Positions 17,928-26,858 of a stretch of DNA of 64,000 nucleotides are shown here, piece after piece. The translations under genes were made by a program, and so were the position numbers. The stretch spans positions 4,858 through 68,857 of the forward strand of contig DASRHW010000105.1 in the NCBI GenBank assembly GCA_035650375.1. Reading direction: 5' to 3'. Under the pieces are notes generated by a model that was not told the DNA's origin, searched no databases, and worked only from the letters and a program-made list of their open reading frames with translations. The DNA is from Solirubrobacteraceae bacterium. GTDB lineage: Bacteria > Actinomycetota > Thermoleophilia > Solirubrobacterales > Solirubrobacteraceae. Numbering within the stretch: the first letter of the stretch is position 1; each line of letters opens with the position of its first letter.

Positions 17928-18121
17928 GCCACAACCTCGCTCATCTGTCGTCGGGTCACCGTCGCTCGACGCTGACCTGAGACCGCTCTGAAGTCAAGGA
18001 TTTCCGGGCTATCGACTGAGAGCGAGACGGCATGAACAGACAGCGATGCCTGCTGTAGCTTGCGAAGCGGGTGGTCGGCAGATCGCCTCGCGGGGACCGA
18101 CGATCCAGAGAGAGATCTGCA

Positions 18122-18859
18122 TTGCCGAACATCACCTATGACTTCACAGGACGGACGGCCATCGTCACCGGAGCCGGTCGGGGCATCGGCCGCGAGCTGG
18201 CACGGTGCTTTGCGGCCGCCGGCGCCACGACGTATGCCGTCGACGTGGACGCAGACGTCGCCGAAGCCGCGGCAGCGGAGGTCGGCGCGAGAGCCGCGAC
18301 GGCCAACGTCGCGCTGTCGGAGGACGCCGAGCGCGTCGTCGCACAGGCCGTCAGCGAGACCGGGCGCATCGACATCCTCGTCAACAACGCCGGGATCCTC
18401 CGCGACAAGATGCTCTGGAAGCTCTCCGACGACGACTGGGAGGCGGTGCTCGGCGTGCATCTCGGCGGGACCTTCCGCTTCACGCGTGCCTGCACCCCGC
18501 ATTTCCGCGAGGCGGGCTTCGGGCGCATCGTCAACGTGACGTCGTATACGGGACTGCACGGCAATATGGGCCAAGCGGCATACGCAGCGGCGAAGGCCGG
18601 CATCATCGGCTTCACCAAGACCGCGGCGAAGGAGCTCGCGCGGTTCGGCGTCACCGTCAACGCGATCTCGCCGAATGCCGAGACTCGCATGATCGAGTCG
18701 ATGCCGAAAGAGCTGTACGAGGAGGCCAAGCGAAACATTCCGCTCGGCCGCTGGGCACAGCCCTCGGAGATGGCGGCGACGGTCGCGTTCCTCGCCTCCG
18801 AGGAAGCCGGCTATGTAACAGGCGTGGTGCTGCCGGTTGACGGTGGCATCTCGATGTAG
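18122..18859 (+). CDS. SDR-family oxidoreductase (3-oxoacyl reductase-like)
   Basis: [16 protein letters not shown] and YAAAKAG motifs. The start is uncertain: TTG at 18122 after a purine-rich tract, or GTG at 18071 as in the ORF track. Confidence 0.8.
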   Translation: MPNITYDFTGRTAIVTGAGRGIGRELARCFAAAGATTYAVDVDADVAEAAAAEVGARAATANVALSEDAERVVAQAVSETGRIDILVNNAGILRDKMLWKLSDDDWEAVLGVHLGGTFRFTRACTPHFREAGFGRIVNVTSYTGLHGNMGQAAYAAAKAGIIGFTKTAAKELARFGVTVNAISPNAETRMIESMPKELYEEAKRNIPLGRWAQPSEMAATVAFLASEEAGYVTGVVLPVDGGISM

Positions 18860-18933
18860 CTCGCCATGTGGCTCGAGCCCACGGCACCGCACGTCTTTCC
18901 CGCAGCTCGCCAACCCCGACGGAGGCGTTCTCT

Positions 18934-20124
18934 GTGAATCATCAGTCTGAGGCGGTCATCGTGTCGGCCGCACGCACGCCGATCGGCAAGGCGTACCGAG
19001 GAGCGCTCAACGCGACCCACGGCGCCACGCTCGGCGCCCACGCCGTATCGGCGGCGGTCGAGAGGTCCGGGCTCGAGCCCGCGCAGATCGAGGACGTCGT
19101 CATGGGCGGCTCGCTGACCGAGGGCACGACGGGCGGGAACATCGCCCGCCAGATCGCGCTTCGAGCGGGCCTGCCGGACGAGACGGCCGGCGTGACGGTG
19201 AACCGCTTCTGCAGCACGGGCTTGCAGACCATCGCGGCGGCGGCCGGACGGGTGATCGTCGATGGCGCCAAGGCCGTGGTCGCCGGCGGGCTGGACTCGA
19301 TCAGCCTCGTGCAGAACGAGCACATGAACCGTCACATGGCACGCGACCCGTGGCTCGAGGAACACAAGCCCGAGATCTTCATGTCGATGATCGAGACCGC
19401 CGAGGTCGTCGCCAGGCGCTACGGCATTTCGCGAGAGGAGCAGGACGCGCTCGCGCTGGAAAGCCAGCGCCGCACGGCAGCGGCACAGGATGCGGGCCGC
19501 TTCGACGAGGAGATCGTCCCGATCACGACCGACAAGCTGGTCGTCGACCGCGAGACCGGCGACCAGAGCTACGAACGGGTGACGCTCGAACGCGACGAGT
19601 GCAACAGGCCTGGCACCACCGCGGACGCGCTCGCCGGCCTCGCCCCCGTCATCGACGGCGGCAGCGTCACCGCTGGAAACGCGAGCCAGCTGTCCGATGG
19701 CGCCGCCGCATGCGTCGTGATGGATGCGAAGGAGGCGGAGCGCCGCGGCATCCAGCCGCTCGGCGCGTTTCGCGGCTTCACCGTCGTCGGATGCGAGCCC
19801 GACGAGATGGGCATCGGGCCGGTGTTCGCAGTGCCGAAGCTGCTCGATCGCTTCGGGATGTCGGTCGACGACATCGGCCTCTGGGAGCTCAACGAGGCGT
19901 TTGCGGTCCAGGTGCACTACTGCCGCGAGAGGCTCGGGATCCCTTCCGAGCTGCTGAACGTCGACGGTGGCGCGATCTCCGTCGGCCACCCCTACGGGAT
20001 GTCCGGCACGCGCCTCACCACCCATGCGCTGATCGAGGGCCGTCGCCGCGGAGCGCGATTCGTCGTCGTGACGATGTGCGTCGGCGGCGGCATGGGCGCA
20101 GCAGGGCTGTTCGAGGTGCTCTGA
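18934..20124 (+). CDS. thiolase (acetyl-CoA C-acyltransferase)
   Basis: GTG start after [15 protein letters not shown] nucleophile Cys region, [17 protein letters not shown] and MCVGGGMG C-terminal motifs. Confidence 0.9.
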   Translation: MNHQSEAVIVSAARTPIGKAYRGALNATHGATLGAHAVSAAVERSGLEPAQIEDVVMGGSLTEGTTGGNIARQIALRAGLPDETAGVTVNRFCSTGLQTIAAAAGRVIVDGAKAVVAGGLDSISLVQNEHMNRHMARDPWLEEHKPEIFMSMIETAEVVARRYGISREEQDALALESQRRTAAAQDAGRFDEEIVPITTDKLVVDRETGDQSYERVTLERDECNRPGTTADALAGLAPVIDGGSVTAGNASQLSDGAAACVVMDAKEAERRGIQPLGAFRGFTVVGCEPDEMGIGPVFAVPKLLDRFGMSVDDIGLWELNEAFAVQVHYCRERLGIPSELLNVDGGAISVGHPYGMSGTRLTTHALIEGRRRGARFVVVTMCVGGGMGAAGLFEVL

Positions 20125-20250
20125 GCGGACACCGGCTCATTGCGTTCACCGCGATCACTCCTGGGCATCGTGATGGACAACAGCTGTTCTTGCGATCGTC
20201 ATCGCACATGGTATGTTCGCTCGCCCCGGGCACAGGAAGAGGAGCAGAGG

Positions 20251-21840
20251 ATGAGCGCGACCGCAGTCCCCAAGGGTCTCTCGGAGGACAACCTCGAACG
20301 AGCGCTCGACGCGATGCGCGCCGTCGTCGGCGCCGAGCACGTGCTCACCGGCGACGACACCCTGGAGTTCCGCGACCCCTTCTGGCATCGGAGCTGGTCC
20401 GAGTACGAGTCGTCGGCCGTGGTCCAGCCAGGGTCCGTGGAGGAGATCCAGGAGATCCTGCTGATCGCCAACGAGCGCGGCGTTCCGCTCTGGACCACCT
20501 CGCAGGGCCGCAACAACGGGCTCGGAGGCAGTTCGCCGCGCGTGCGCGGCTCCGTGATCGTCAACCTGCGCCGGATGGATCGCATCCTCGAGATCGACGA
20601 GGAGATGGGCTACGCGGTCGTCGAGCCCGGCGTGACCTGGCAACAGCTCTACGACGCGCTGCGCGACAACGGCCACCGGCTGATGCTGTCGTGCACGGAC
20701 CTCGGGTGGGGCAGCGTCATCGGCAACTCGCTCGAGAACGGCTCGACCTATCTGCCATACGGCCAGGACTTCATGGCGCCCTGCGGCTTGGAGGTCGTGC
20801 TCGCGGACGGCCAGGTGATGCGGACGGGGATGGGAGCCCTCCCCGGTAGCAAGACCTGGCACCTTTACCGGCGCGGCCTCGGACCGACGCTGGACCCGCT
20901 GTTCATGCAGTCGAACTACGGCATCGTCGTCAAGATGGGCCTCTGGCTGATGCCATGGCCCGAGGTCGTGGCGCCGTTCTGGATCGACGTCCCCCGCGAG
21001 GAGGACTTCGTCGAGCTGATCGACATTCTGCGGCGGCTGCGCCTCGACCGCACGCTCGAGGGCGTGCCCAATATCTTCAACACGCTCCAGCTCGCGGCGC
21101 TGACCAACGAGCGCTCGCGCTGGTATGACGGCGACGGCGCGACCCCCGACCACGTCATCGACCAGATCGCAAGCGACCTCGGATGCGGGCGCTGGATCGT
21201 CCACAGCGCGCTCTGGGACGACTCGGTCGTCGCCGACCACAAGATCGCGAAGATCACGGCGGCCCTGGAGCAGATCCCCGGCGCCCGCATCCGCTCCGCC
21301 AAGCACGCGCCCGAGGAGCTTCCCGACCTCGAGAGCTTCCCCGACCGTGTGCTCGGCGGTGTTCCCAGCCTCGAGTGGCTGAATTTCTTGCGCTGGTATG
21401 GGACGAACGCCGGCGGGCACACCGGCACCGGCCTCGTCGCGCCGCTGCAGGGCAAGGAGGCCTACCGGCTCCACACGATGCTTCGCAACCTGATCGAACA
21501 GGACTTCGGCCTGGACTACTTCACGTATCCGGTCCTGATCAACGCCCGCAGCTACATCCACGTCTTCGGCGTGATCTTCGACGTCAACGACGACGCCGAC
21601 ACCCGCCGTGGCTACGAGGTCTGCCGGCGGGTGCTGATCGAGGGCGCCAAGGCCGGCTTCGGCGAGTACCGCTGCCACATCGACAACATGGACCTGGCGA
21701 CGGATCAGTACAGCTTCAACGACCATGCCTACCGGCGGTTCTGCCAGACGATCAAAGACGCCGTGGATCCCAACGGGATCCTCTCGCCCGGCAAGCAGGG
21801 CATCTGGCCCGCCGCCATGCGGGAGCCGGACAAGGCATAG
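20251..21840 (+). CDS. FAD-binding PCMH-type flavoprotein, vanillyl-alcohol oxidase / p-cresol methylhydroxylase family
   Basis: N-terminal FAD_binding_4-like region (..VVQPGSVEEIQEILLIANERGVPLWTTSQGRNNGLGG..VIVNLRRMDRILEIDE..YAVVEPGVTWQQL) and a long VAO-type cap/C-terminal domain. Start trimmed to the ATG at 20251 after GAGGAGCAGAGG. Confidence 0.85.
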   Translation: MSATAVPKGLSEDNLERALDAMRAVVGAEHVLTGDDTLEFRDPFWHRSWSEYESSAVVQPGSVEEIQEILLIANERGVPLWTTSQGRNNGLGGSSPRVRGSVIVNLRRMDRILEIDEEMGYAVVEPGVTWQQLYDALRDNGHRLMLSCTDLGWGSVIGNSLENGSTYLPYGQDFMAPCGLEVVLADGQVMRTGMGALPGSKTWHLYRRGLGPTLDPLFMQSNYGIVVKMGLWLMPWPEVVAPFWIDVPREEDFVELIDILRRLRLDRTLEGVPNIFNTLQLAALTNERSRWYDGDGATPDHVIDQIASDLGCGRWIVHSALWDDSVVADHKIAKITAALEQIPGARIRSAKHAPEELPDLESFPDRVLGGVPSLEWLNFLRWYGTNAGGHTGTGLVAPLQGKEAYRLHTMLRNLIEQDFGLDYFTYPVLINARSYIHVFGVIFDVNDDADTRRGYEVCRRVLIEGAKAGFGEYRCHIDNMDLATDQYSFNDHAYRRFCQTIKDAVDPNGILSPGKQGIWPAAMREPDKA

Positions 21841-21868
21841 CTCGATGCAGCGCGCGGGCTGACTGGCG

Positions 21869-23845
21869 ATGCGGGCGGGGGACGTGATCTGGGAGCCGTC
21901 GCGCGAGCTGATCGCGTCGTGTGGCCTGACGCGATTCCTCGGCTTCCTCGAGGACACCCGAGGGTTGCGATTCGACGCCTACCTCGACTTCTGGCGCTGG
22001 TCGGTCGCCGACATCGACGAGTTCTGGGGAGCGGTCTTCACCTACGAGGACGTCCTCCACGACGGGGACCCGTCGATCGTGCTGGCCGAACAGCGAATGC
22101 CAGGAGCGCGCTGGTTCCCGGATGTGCGACTGAACTACGCCGAGCACCTCCTACGCCGTCGCGGGGGCAGCGAGGCGGCCCTGGTCGTCGAGGACGAGGA
22201 CGGGGCGATCGAGGAAACGTCGTGGGCGGAGCTCGAGCGGCAGGCAGGCGCCCTCGCCGCGACACTGCGGCACCTCGGCGTCGGCCGCGGCGACCGCGTC
22301 GTCGCGCTCCTGCCCAATTGCGCGGAGCCCGTCATCGGGCTGATCGCGTGCGCGAGCATCGGCGCCATCTGGTCGGTCTGCTCACCCGAATACGGCCTGC
22401 CGGGCATCGTGTCGCGGTTCCGGCAACTGGACCCGAAGGTGCTGATCGCGGTCGACGGCTACCGGTTCGGCGGGCGCGCCCACGACCGCCGCGAGACGGT
22501 CGATGGGCTCCTGGACGCCCTGCCGACCCTGGAGCATCTGCTGTGGGCGCCGCTGCTCACACCCGACTCGCCGCCGCCGGTTGGCGTGCCTTCGACGCTG
22601 TGGACGGATGCGACCGCCGGCGACGCGCCGCTGACGTTCGCCCGCGTGCCCTTCGACCATCCCTTGTGGGTGCTGTTCTCGTCGGGCACCACGGGCATCC
22701 CGAAGGGCATCGTGCACGGGCACGGCGGGATGCTGCTCGACCACCTGCGCGCGGCATCGCTGCACTTCGACGCGCGTCGCGGCGAGCTGGCGCTGAGCGT
22801 CGCCACGACGAGCTGGATGGTCTGGAACGTTCACGTGTCGAACCTGCTGGCCGGAGCGAGCCTGCTGCTCCTCGCCGGCAACGCCGCTGCGCCGCTCGAC
22901 CGAGTCTGGCGCGCCGCTGCCGAACACCGCGCCGCACGGGTCAACGTCGGCTCCGGCTACGTGCTCGCCTGCATGAACGCGGACCTGCGCCTCGAGGAGG
23001 AGCTGGACTTCTCATCGCTGACACAGGTCGGCGCCGCCGGTTCGCCGCTGCCGGCCGACGGCTACCGCTGGGTTGCGGAGCAGATCGGCGAGCGCATCTG
23101 GCAGTCGTCGGGCAGCGGAGGCACCGACGTCTGCGCCGCCTTCGTCAGCGGGGTGCCGACACTGCCGGTGCGTGCCGGCCGCATGCAGGTGCCGTGCGCT
23201 GGCGTCGCCGTCGAGGCCTGGGATGAGGCGGCGCAGCCTGTGGCACCGGGGGTCCTCGGCGAGCTGGTGATCACCCGGCCACTGCCGTCGATGCCGCTCT
23301 TCCTGTGGGGCGACGTCGATCGACGGCGGCTGACCGACACGTACTACTCGCACTTCCCCGGCGTCTGGCGACAGGGCGACTACATCGAGTTCGACATCGA
23401 CGGCAGCTGCACGATCCCCGGCCGCTCGGACTCGACCCTGAATCGCCGCGGGATCCGGATCGGTCCCGCCGAGATCTACTCGGTCGTCGAACGGCTCCCG
23501 GAGGTCGATGAGGCCCTGGTCGTCGGCGCTGAGCTCGGCGGTGACTACTACATGCCGCTCTTCATCGCGGCGACCGACGGCGTCGACGAGGAGGACCTAC
23601 GCGCGCGAATCGTCACCGCCATCCGCGATGCGCTGTCGCCTCGCCACGTGCCTGACGAGATCGTCTTCGTTCCGGCGATCCCGCACACCAAGACCGGCAA
23701 GAAGCTCGAGGTGCCGGTCAAGCGCCTGCTGCAAGGGGTCGCGCCCGCCGAGGCGGCCGACCCCGGCTCGGTCGACCGGCCTGAGCTGCTGGATCTGTTC
23801 GCCGACCTGATCGGGCGCCCCTCGGCCGCCGGACTTCGACGATGA
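21869..23845 (+). CDS. acetoacetyl-CoA synthetase-like acyl-CoA ligase (ANL superfamily)
   Basis: 658 aa. N-terminal ..FWRWSV.DIDEFW.. and ..ARWFPDVRLNYAEHLL.. are typical of acetoacetate-CoA ligases. AMP-binding motif FSSGTTGIPKGIVH and C-terminal PHTKTGKKLEVPVKRLL are present. Confidence 0.85.
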   Translation: MRAGDVIWEPSRELIASCGLTRFLGFLEDTRGLRFDAYLDFWRWSVADIDEFWGAVFTYEDVLHDGDPSIVLAEQRMPGARWFPDVRLNYAEHLLRRRGGSEAALVVEDEDGAIEETSWAELERQAGALAATLRHLGVGRGDRVVALLPNCAEPVIGLIACASIGAIWSVCSPEYGLPGIVSRFRQLDPKVLIAVDGYRFGGRAHDRRETVDGLLDALPTLEHLLWAPLLTPDSPPPVGVPSTLWTDATAGDAPLTFARVPFDHPLWVLFSSGTTGIPKGIVHGHGGMLLDHLRAASLHFDARRGELALSVATTSWMVWNVHVSNLLAGASLLLLAGNAAAPLDRVWRAAAEHRAARVNVGSGYVLACMNADLRLEEELDFSSLTQVGAAGSPLPADGYRWVAEQIGERIWQSSGSGGTDVCAAFVSGVPTLPVRAGRMQVPCAGVAVEAWDEAAQPVAPGVLGELVITRPLPSMPLFLWGDVDRRRLTDTYYSHFPGVWRQGDYIEFDIDGSCTIPGRSDSTLNRRGIRIGPAEIYSVVERLPEVDEALVVGAELGGDYYMPLFIAATDGVDEEDLRARIVTAIRDALSPRHVPDEIVFVPAIPHTKTGKKLEVPVKRLLQGVAPAEAADPGSVDRPELLDLFADLIGRPSAAGLRR

Positions 23846-24603
23846 ACGACGTGGTCCTGACCGAGCGTCACGGCGGCGTCCTCGTCATCACCCTCAACCG
23901 TCCAGAGGTCCGCAACGCCGTCGACCTCGCGATGGCCGAGGGAATCGCCGGCGCCCTCGACGCGCTCGACCGCGACGACGCCGTCGTCGGCGTCATCACC
24001 GGCGCAGGCGGCACGTTCTGCGCCGGCATGGACCTCAAGGCGCTCGCGAACAGCGGCCGCCTGCGGATAGGCGACCGCGGCTTCGCAGGCATCACCGAGC
24101 GAGCGGCCGAGAAGCCGCTGATCGCGGCAGTTGAGGGGTTCGCGGTCGGAGGCGGCCTCGAGATCGCGCTGTCGTGCGACCTGATCGTCGCGGCACGTGA
24201 TGCGAAGCTCGGGCTTCCGGAAGTCAAACGGGGCCTCGTCGCGGCCGCCGGCGGCCTTCTGCGGCTCTCACGGCGCGTCCCGTATCACGTCGCCATGGAG
24301 CTGGCGCTCACGGGTGACCTCTATCTCGCGGAGCGGCTGTACGGGGTCGGCTTGGTCAATCGCATGACCGAGCCGGGCGCCGCGCTCGAGACGGCACTCG
24401 ACCTTGCCAGGAGGATCGGCTCCAACGCTCCGCTGTCGCTGCAAGCCAGCAAGCGGATCCTCGCATCGGCGCCGGAGTGGCCGATGTCGGAGGCGTGGCA
24501 GCGTCAAGCGGAGATCGCCGAGCCGGTCTTCGACTCCGACGATGCAAGCGAGGGTGCGCGTGCCTTCGCCGAGAAACGGGATCCGGTCTGGCGCGGACGC
24601 TGA
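23842..24603 (+). CDS. enoyl-CoA hydratase/isomerase (crotonase) family protein
   Basis: ATGA overlap with the ligase stop. ..LNRPEVRNA..FCAGMDLK..AAVEGFAVGGGLEIALSCD.. crotonase oxyanion-hole motifs. Confidence 0.9.
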   Translation: MNDVVLTERHGGVLVITLNRPEVRNAVDLAMAEGIAGALDALDRDDAVVGVITGAGGTFCAGMDLKALANSGRLRIGDRGFAGITERAAEKPLIAAVEGFAVGGGLEIALSCDLIVAARDAKLGLPEVKRGLVAAAGGLLRLSRRVPYHVAMELALTGDLYLAERLYGVGLVNRMTEPGAALETALDLARRIGSNAPLSLQASKRILASAPEWPMSEAWQRQAEIAEPVFDSDDASEGARAFAEKRDPVWRGR

Positions 24604-24649
24604 GGCCGACGGATCGCGACGTACGAAAGCCATCGGGCCCCGAAACGCA

Positions 24650-24673
24650 GAAACCCCGCTAACGCGGGGTTTC
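24650..24673. terminator. perfect 10-bp stem hairpin GAAACCCCGC-TAAC-GCGGGGTTTC, probable bidirectional terminator
   Basis: Read directly. It lies between the end of the crotonase gene (+) and the 3' end of tRNA-His (-). A T-rich run follows the stem on the plus strand. Confidence 0.6.
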
Positions 24674-24680
24674 TATGAGG

Positions 24681-24754
24681 GGTGAGCGATGGGGCTCGAA
24701 CCCACGACCGCCTGGACCACAACCAGGAGCTCTACCAACTGAGCTACGCCCACC
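24681..24754 (-). tRNA. tRNA-His (anticodon GTG) with genome-encoded G-1
   Basis: Manual cloverleaf: acceptor GUGGGCG/CGCUCAC, D arm GCUC-AGUUGGUA-GAGC, anticodon arm CCUGG-UUGUGGU-CCAGG, T arm GUGGG-UUCGAGC-CCCAU. The extra 5' G pairs with discriminator C73. No encoded CCA. Confidence 0.93.
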
Positions 24755-24814
24755 AAGGAGGCGACAGTCTAGACGGTCGATCTCGCGACGGCGGGCGAAC
24801 GGTCCCGGCGCCGG

Positions 24815-25165
24815 CTACTTCGAGCCGGCGACCTTCGCCGCCGCGACCTTGATGCAGGCGGTCATCACCTTGGCATCCGGATTCTTCGCGCCCGAGGACA
24901 GCTTCGTGCTCAGCTTCTCGAGCCGGCTGAAGCTCAGCCGGTCCTGGAGGCACGACAGCGCCGTCGTGCAGTAGCGCTCGACCTGCGACTTGGTCAGCCT
25001 GCCGTTGGCCACGGCGGTCGCCGATGCCCGGCAGCTCTTCATGAACGCCTTCTTCTCGGATGACGGATAGCTGTAGCGCGCGTCGGCGGTGGCGGCAAAG
25101 CCGAGTGTGACGACGAGCAGCGCCAGAAGCACGGCAGCGCGGAGCGGAAAGACGAGTCGAAGCAT
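24815..25165 (-). CDS. hypothetical secreted protein (signal peptide, 4 Cys, Lys/Ser-rich)
   Basis: 116-aa ORF with an N-terminal hydrophobic signal MLRLVFPLRAAVLLALLVVTLGFAATADA. No recognisable domain. Confidence 0.55.
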   Translation of the reverse strand: MLRLVFPLRAAVLLALLVVTLGFAATADARYSYPSSEKKAFMKSCRASATAVANGRLTKSQVERYCTTALSCLQDRLSFSRLEKLSTKLSSGAKNPDAKVMTACIKVAAAKVAGSK

Positions 25166-25251
25166 GCCGGCACCGTACTGCCGCCGCGTGGGAAATCGGC
25201 ATGAGCTACGGGCGACCGGCAGTCGCCCGTAGCAGCGCCCGCGCAGGTCCC

Positions 25252-26724
25252 CTACGGCACGTTCAGCGCGACGTACTTCGTCTCGAGGTACTCGTGCAGA
25301 CCCTCGGCGCCGCCCTCGCGGCCGTAGCCGGAGTGCTTGACGCCGCCGAACGGCGCCCCGGCGTTGCTGACGAGGCCCTGGTTGAGGCCGATCATGCCGG
25401 TGTCGAGCTGCTCGATGACGCGGAAGGCGCGGTTGATGTCCTGCGTGAACACGTAGGCGACGAGCCCGTACTCGGTGTTGTTGGCCCAGCGGATCGCCTC
25501 GTCCTCGGACGAGAACCCGCGCACCGGAGCGACCGGGCCGAAGATCTCCTCCTTGAGGAACGCGGCGTCGTCGGGGACATCGGTGACGACCGTCGGCGCG
25601 TAGAAGTAGCCGGGTCCGTCGACGCGCTCGCCGCCGACGGCGATCGTCGCGCCGCGCTGCTTTGCGTCGTCGACGAGCTCAGCGACCTTCGACCGCTGCG
25701 CCTCGTCGATCAGCGGGCCGACGTTGACGCCGGGGTCGGTGCCCCGACCGACTTTCAGCTCGCTCATCCGTCCCGCCAGTTTCTCGGCGAACTCCGACGC
25801 AACGGACTCGTGGACATGGAAGCGGTTGGCGGCCGTGCAGGCCTCTCCCCCGTTGCGCATCTTCGCGATCATCGCGCCGTCGACCGCCGCGTCGAGATCG
25901 GCGTCCTCGAAGATCAGGAACGGGGCGTTGCCGCCGAGCTCCATCGAGACGCGCAGGATCTGGTCGGCGCCCTGCTCGATCAGCGTGCGGCCGACCTCGG
26001 TCGAGCCGGTGAAGCTCAGCTTGCGCAGCCGCGGGTCGCGGATCAGCGGCTCCATGATCGAGCCGCTCGAGCGCGCGGTGAGGATGTTGACGACGCCGTC
26101 GGGCAGCCCCGCTTCGGCGAGGATCGAGCCGAGCATCAGCATCGACAGCGGCGTCTGCTTCGCCGGCTTGACGACACACGTGCAGCCGGTCGCGATCGCC
26201 GGGCCGATCTTGCGCGTGCCCATCGCCATCGGGAAGTTCCACGGGGTGATGAACAGGCACGGCCCGACGGGCTGGCGCATCGTCATCATCCGGCCGACGC
26301 CGGACTCGTTGACGGCGTAGCGGCCGTCGATGCGGACGGCCTCCTCGCTGTACCAGCGGAAGAAGTTCGCGGCGTAGGTGATCTCGGCCTTCGACTCGGC
26401 GACCGGCTTGCCCATCTCGAGCGTCATCAGCAGCGCGAGGTCGTCGAGGCGCTCGATCATCAGGTCGTACGAGCGGCGCAGGATGTCCGAGCGCTCGCGC
26501 GGCGCCATCGTCTTGAACGTCGAGAAGGCCTCGTCGGCGGCACCCATCGCGGCCTTCGCGTCGTCGACCGACGCGTCGGCGACCTCGCACAGCGTCTCGC
26601 CCGTCGCCGGGTCCTCGACCGCCAGCACGCCCTTGCTGCCGTCACGCCACGAGCCGCCGATCAGCAGCTGCTTGGGGACGTCGGCGAGCACGGCCTGCTC
26701 GCGCGTCGCGTCGACCGTGCTCAT
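25252..26724 (-). CDS. gabD: NAD(P)-dependent succinate-semialdehyde dehydrogenase (aldehyde dehydrogenase family)
   Basis: Strong colinearity with GabD-type ALDHs (..LMTLEMGKPVAESKAEITYAANFFRWYSEE..ITPWNFPMAMGTRKIGPAIATGC..ELGGNAP..EACTAANR..). Start trimmed to the ATG at 26724. Confidence 0.85.
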   Translation of the reverse strand: MSTVDATREQAVLADVPKQLLIGGSWRDGSKGVLAVEDPATGETLCEVADASVDDAKAAMGAADEAFSTFKTMAPRERSDILRRSYDLMIERLDDLALLMTLEMGKPVAESKAEITYAANFFRWYSEEAVRIDGRYAVNESGVGRMMTMRQPVGPCLFITPWNFPMAMGTRKIGPAIATGCTCVVKPAKQTPLSMLMLGSILAEAGLPDGVVNILTARSSGSIMEPLIRDPRLRKLSFTGSTEVGRTLIEQGADQILRVSMELGGNAPFLIFEDADLDAAVDGAMIAKMRNGGEACTAANRFHVHESVASEFAEKLAGRMSELKVGRGTDPGVNVGPLIDEAQRSKVAELVDDAKQRGATIAVGGERVDGPGYFYAPTVVTDVPDDAAFLKEEIFGPVAPVRGFSSEDEAIRWANNTEYGLVAYVFTQDINRAFRVIEQLDTGMIGLNQGLVSNAGAPFGGVKHSGYGREGGAEGLHEYLETKYVALNVP

Positions 26725-26858
26725 GCGCGCACCGCGCCGGCGGGCGAATCGCAGCAGCTGAAGTAGCAGTCGTCGTGGGTCACCATCGGGTCTCCTATCT
26801 GCGATGCAAGGCGAGGGAACTGCTCTAGGGCGCACGGCCCACAGGGAGCGGCCGCGTC

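Noticed and set aside
20155-21957. 600-aa minus-strand ORF opposite the VAO-type flavoprotein gene. The same applies to other very long antisense or alternate-frame ORFs: 29002..30765, 30872..32587, 10554..12113, 25201..26766, 15386..16873, 59262..60512, 52119..53537, 33523..35118 and 42722..43801.
   Set aside because: Their translations are Arg/Ala/Gly/Asp/Pro-rich low-complexity strings without recognisable motifs. The opposite or alternate frame carries unmistakable family signatures. Long spurious ORFs are expected in DNA this GC-rich because stop codons are rare.
24604-24814. Genomic island or integrative element inserted at tRNA-His. The same was considered at tRNA-Arg/tRNA-Pro around 57728-57933.
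   Set aside because: No integrase, excisionase or transposase gene is present, and I noticed no direct repeat of a tRNA 3' segment. I could not run an exhaustive repeat search, so this is a weak rejection.
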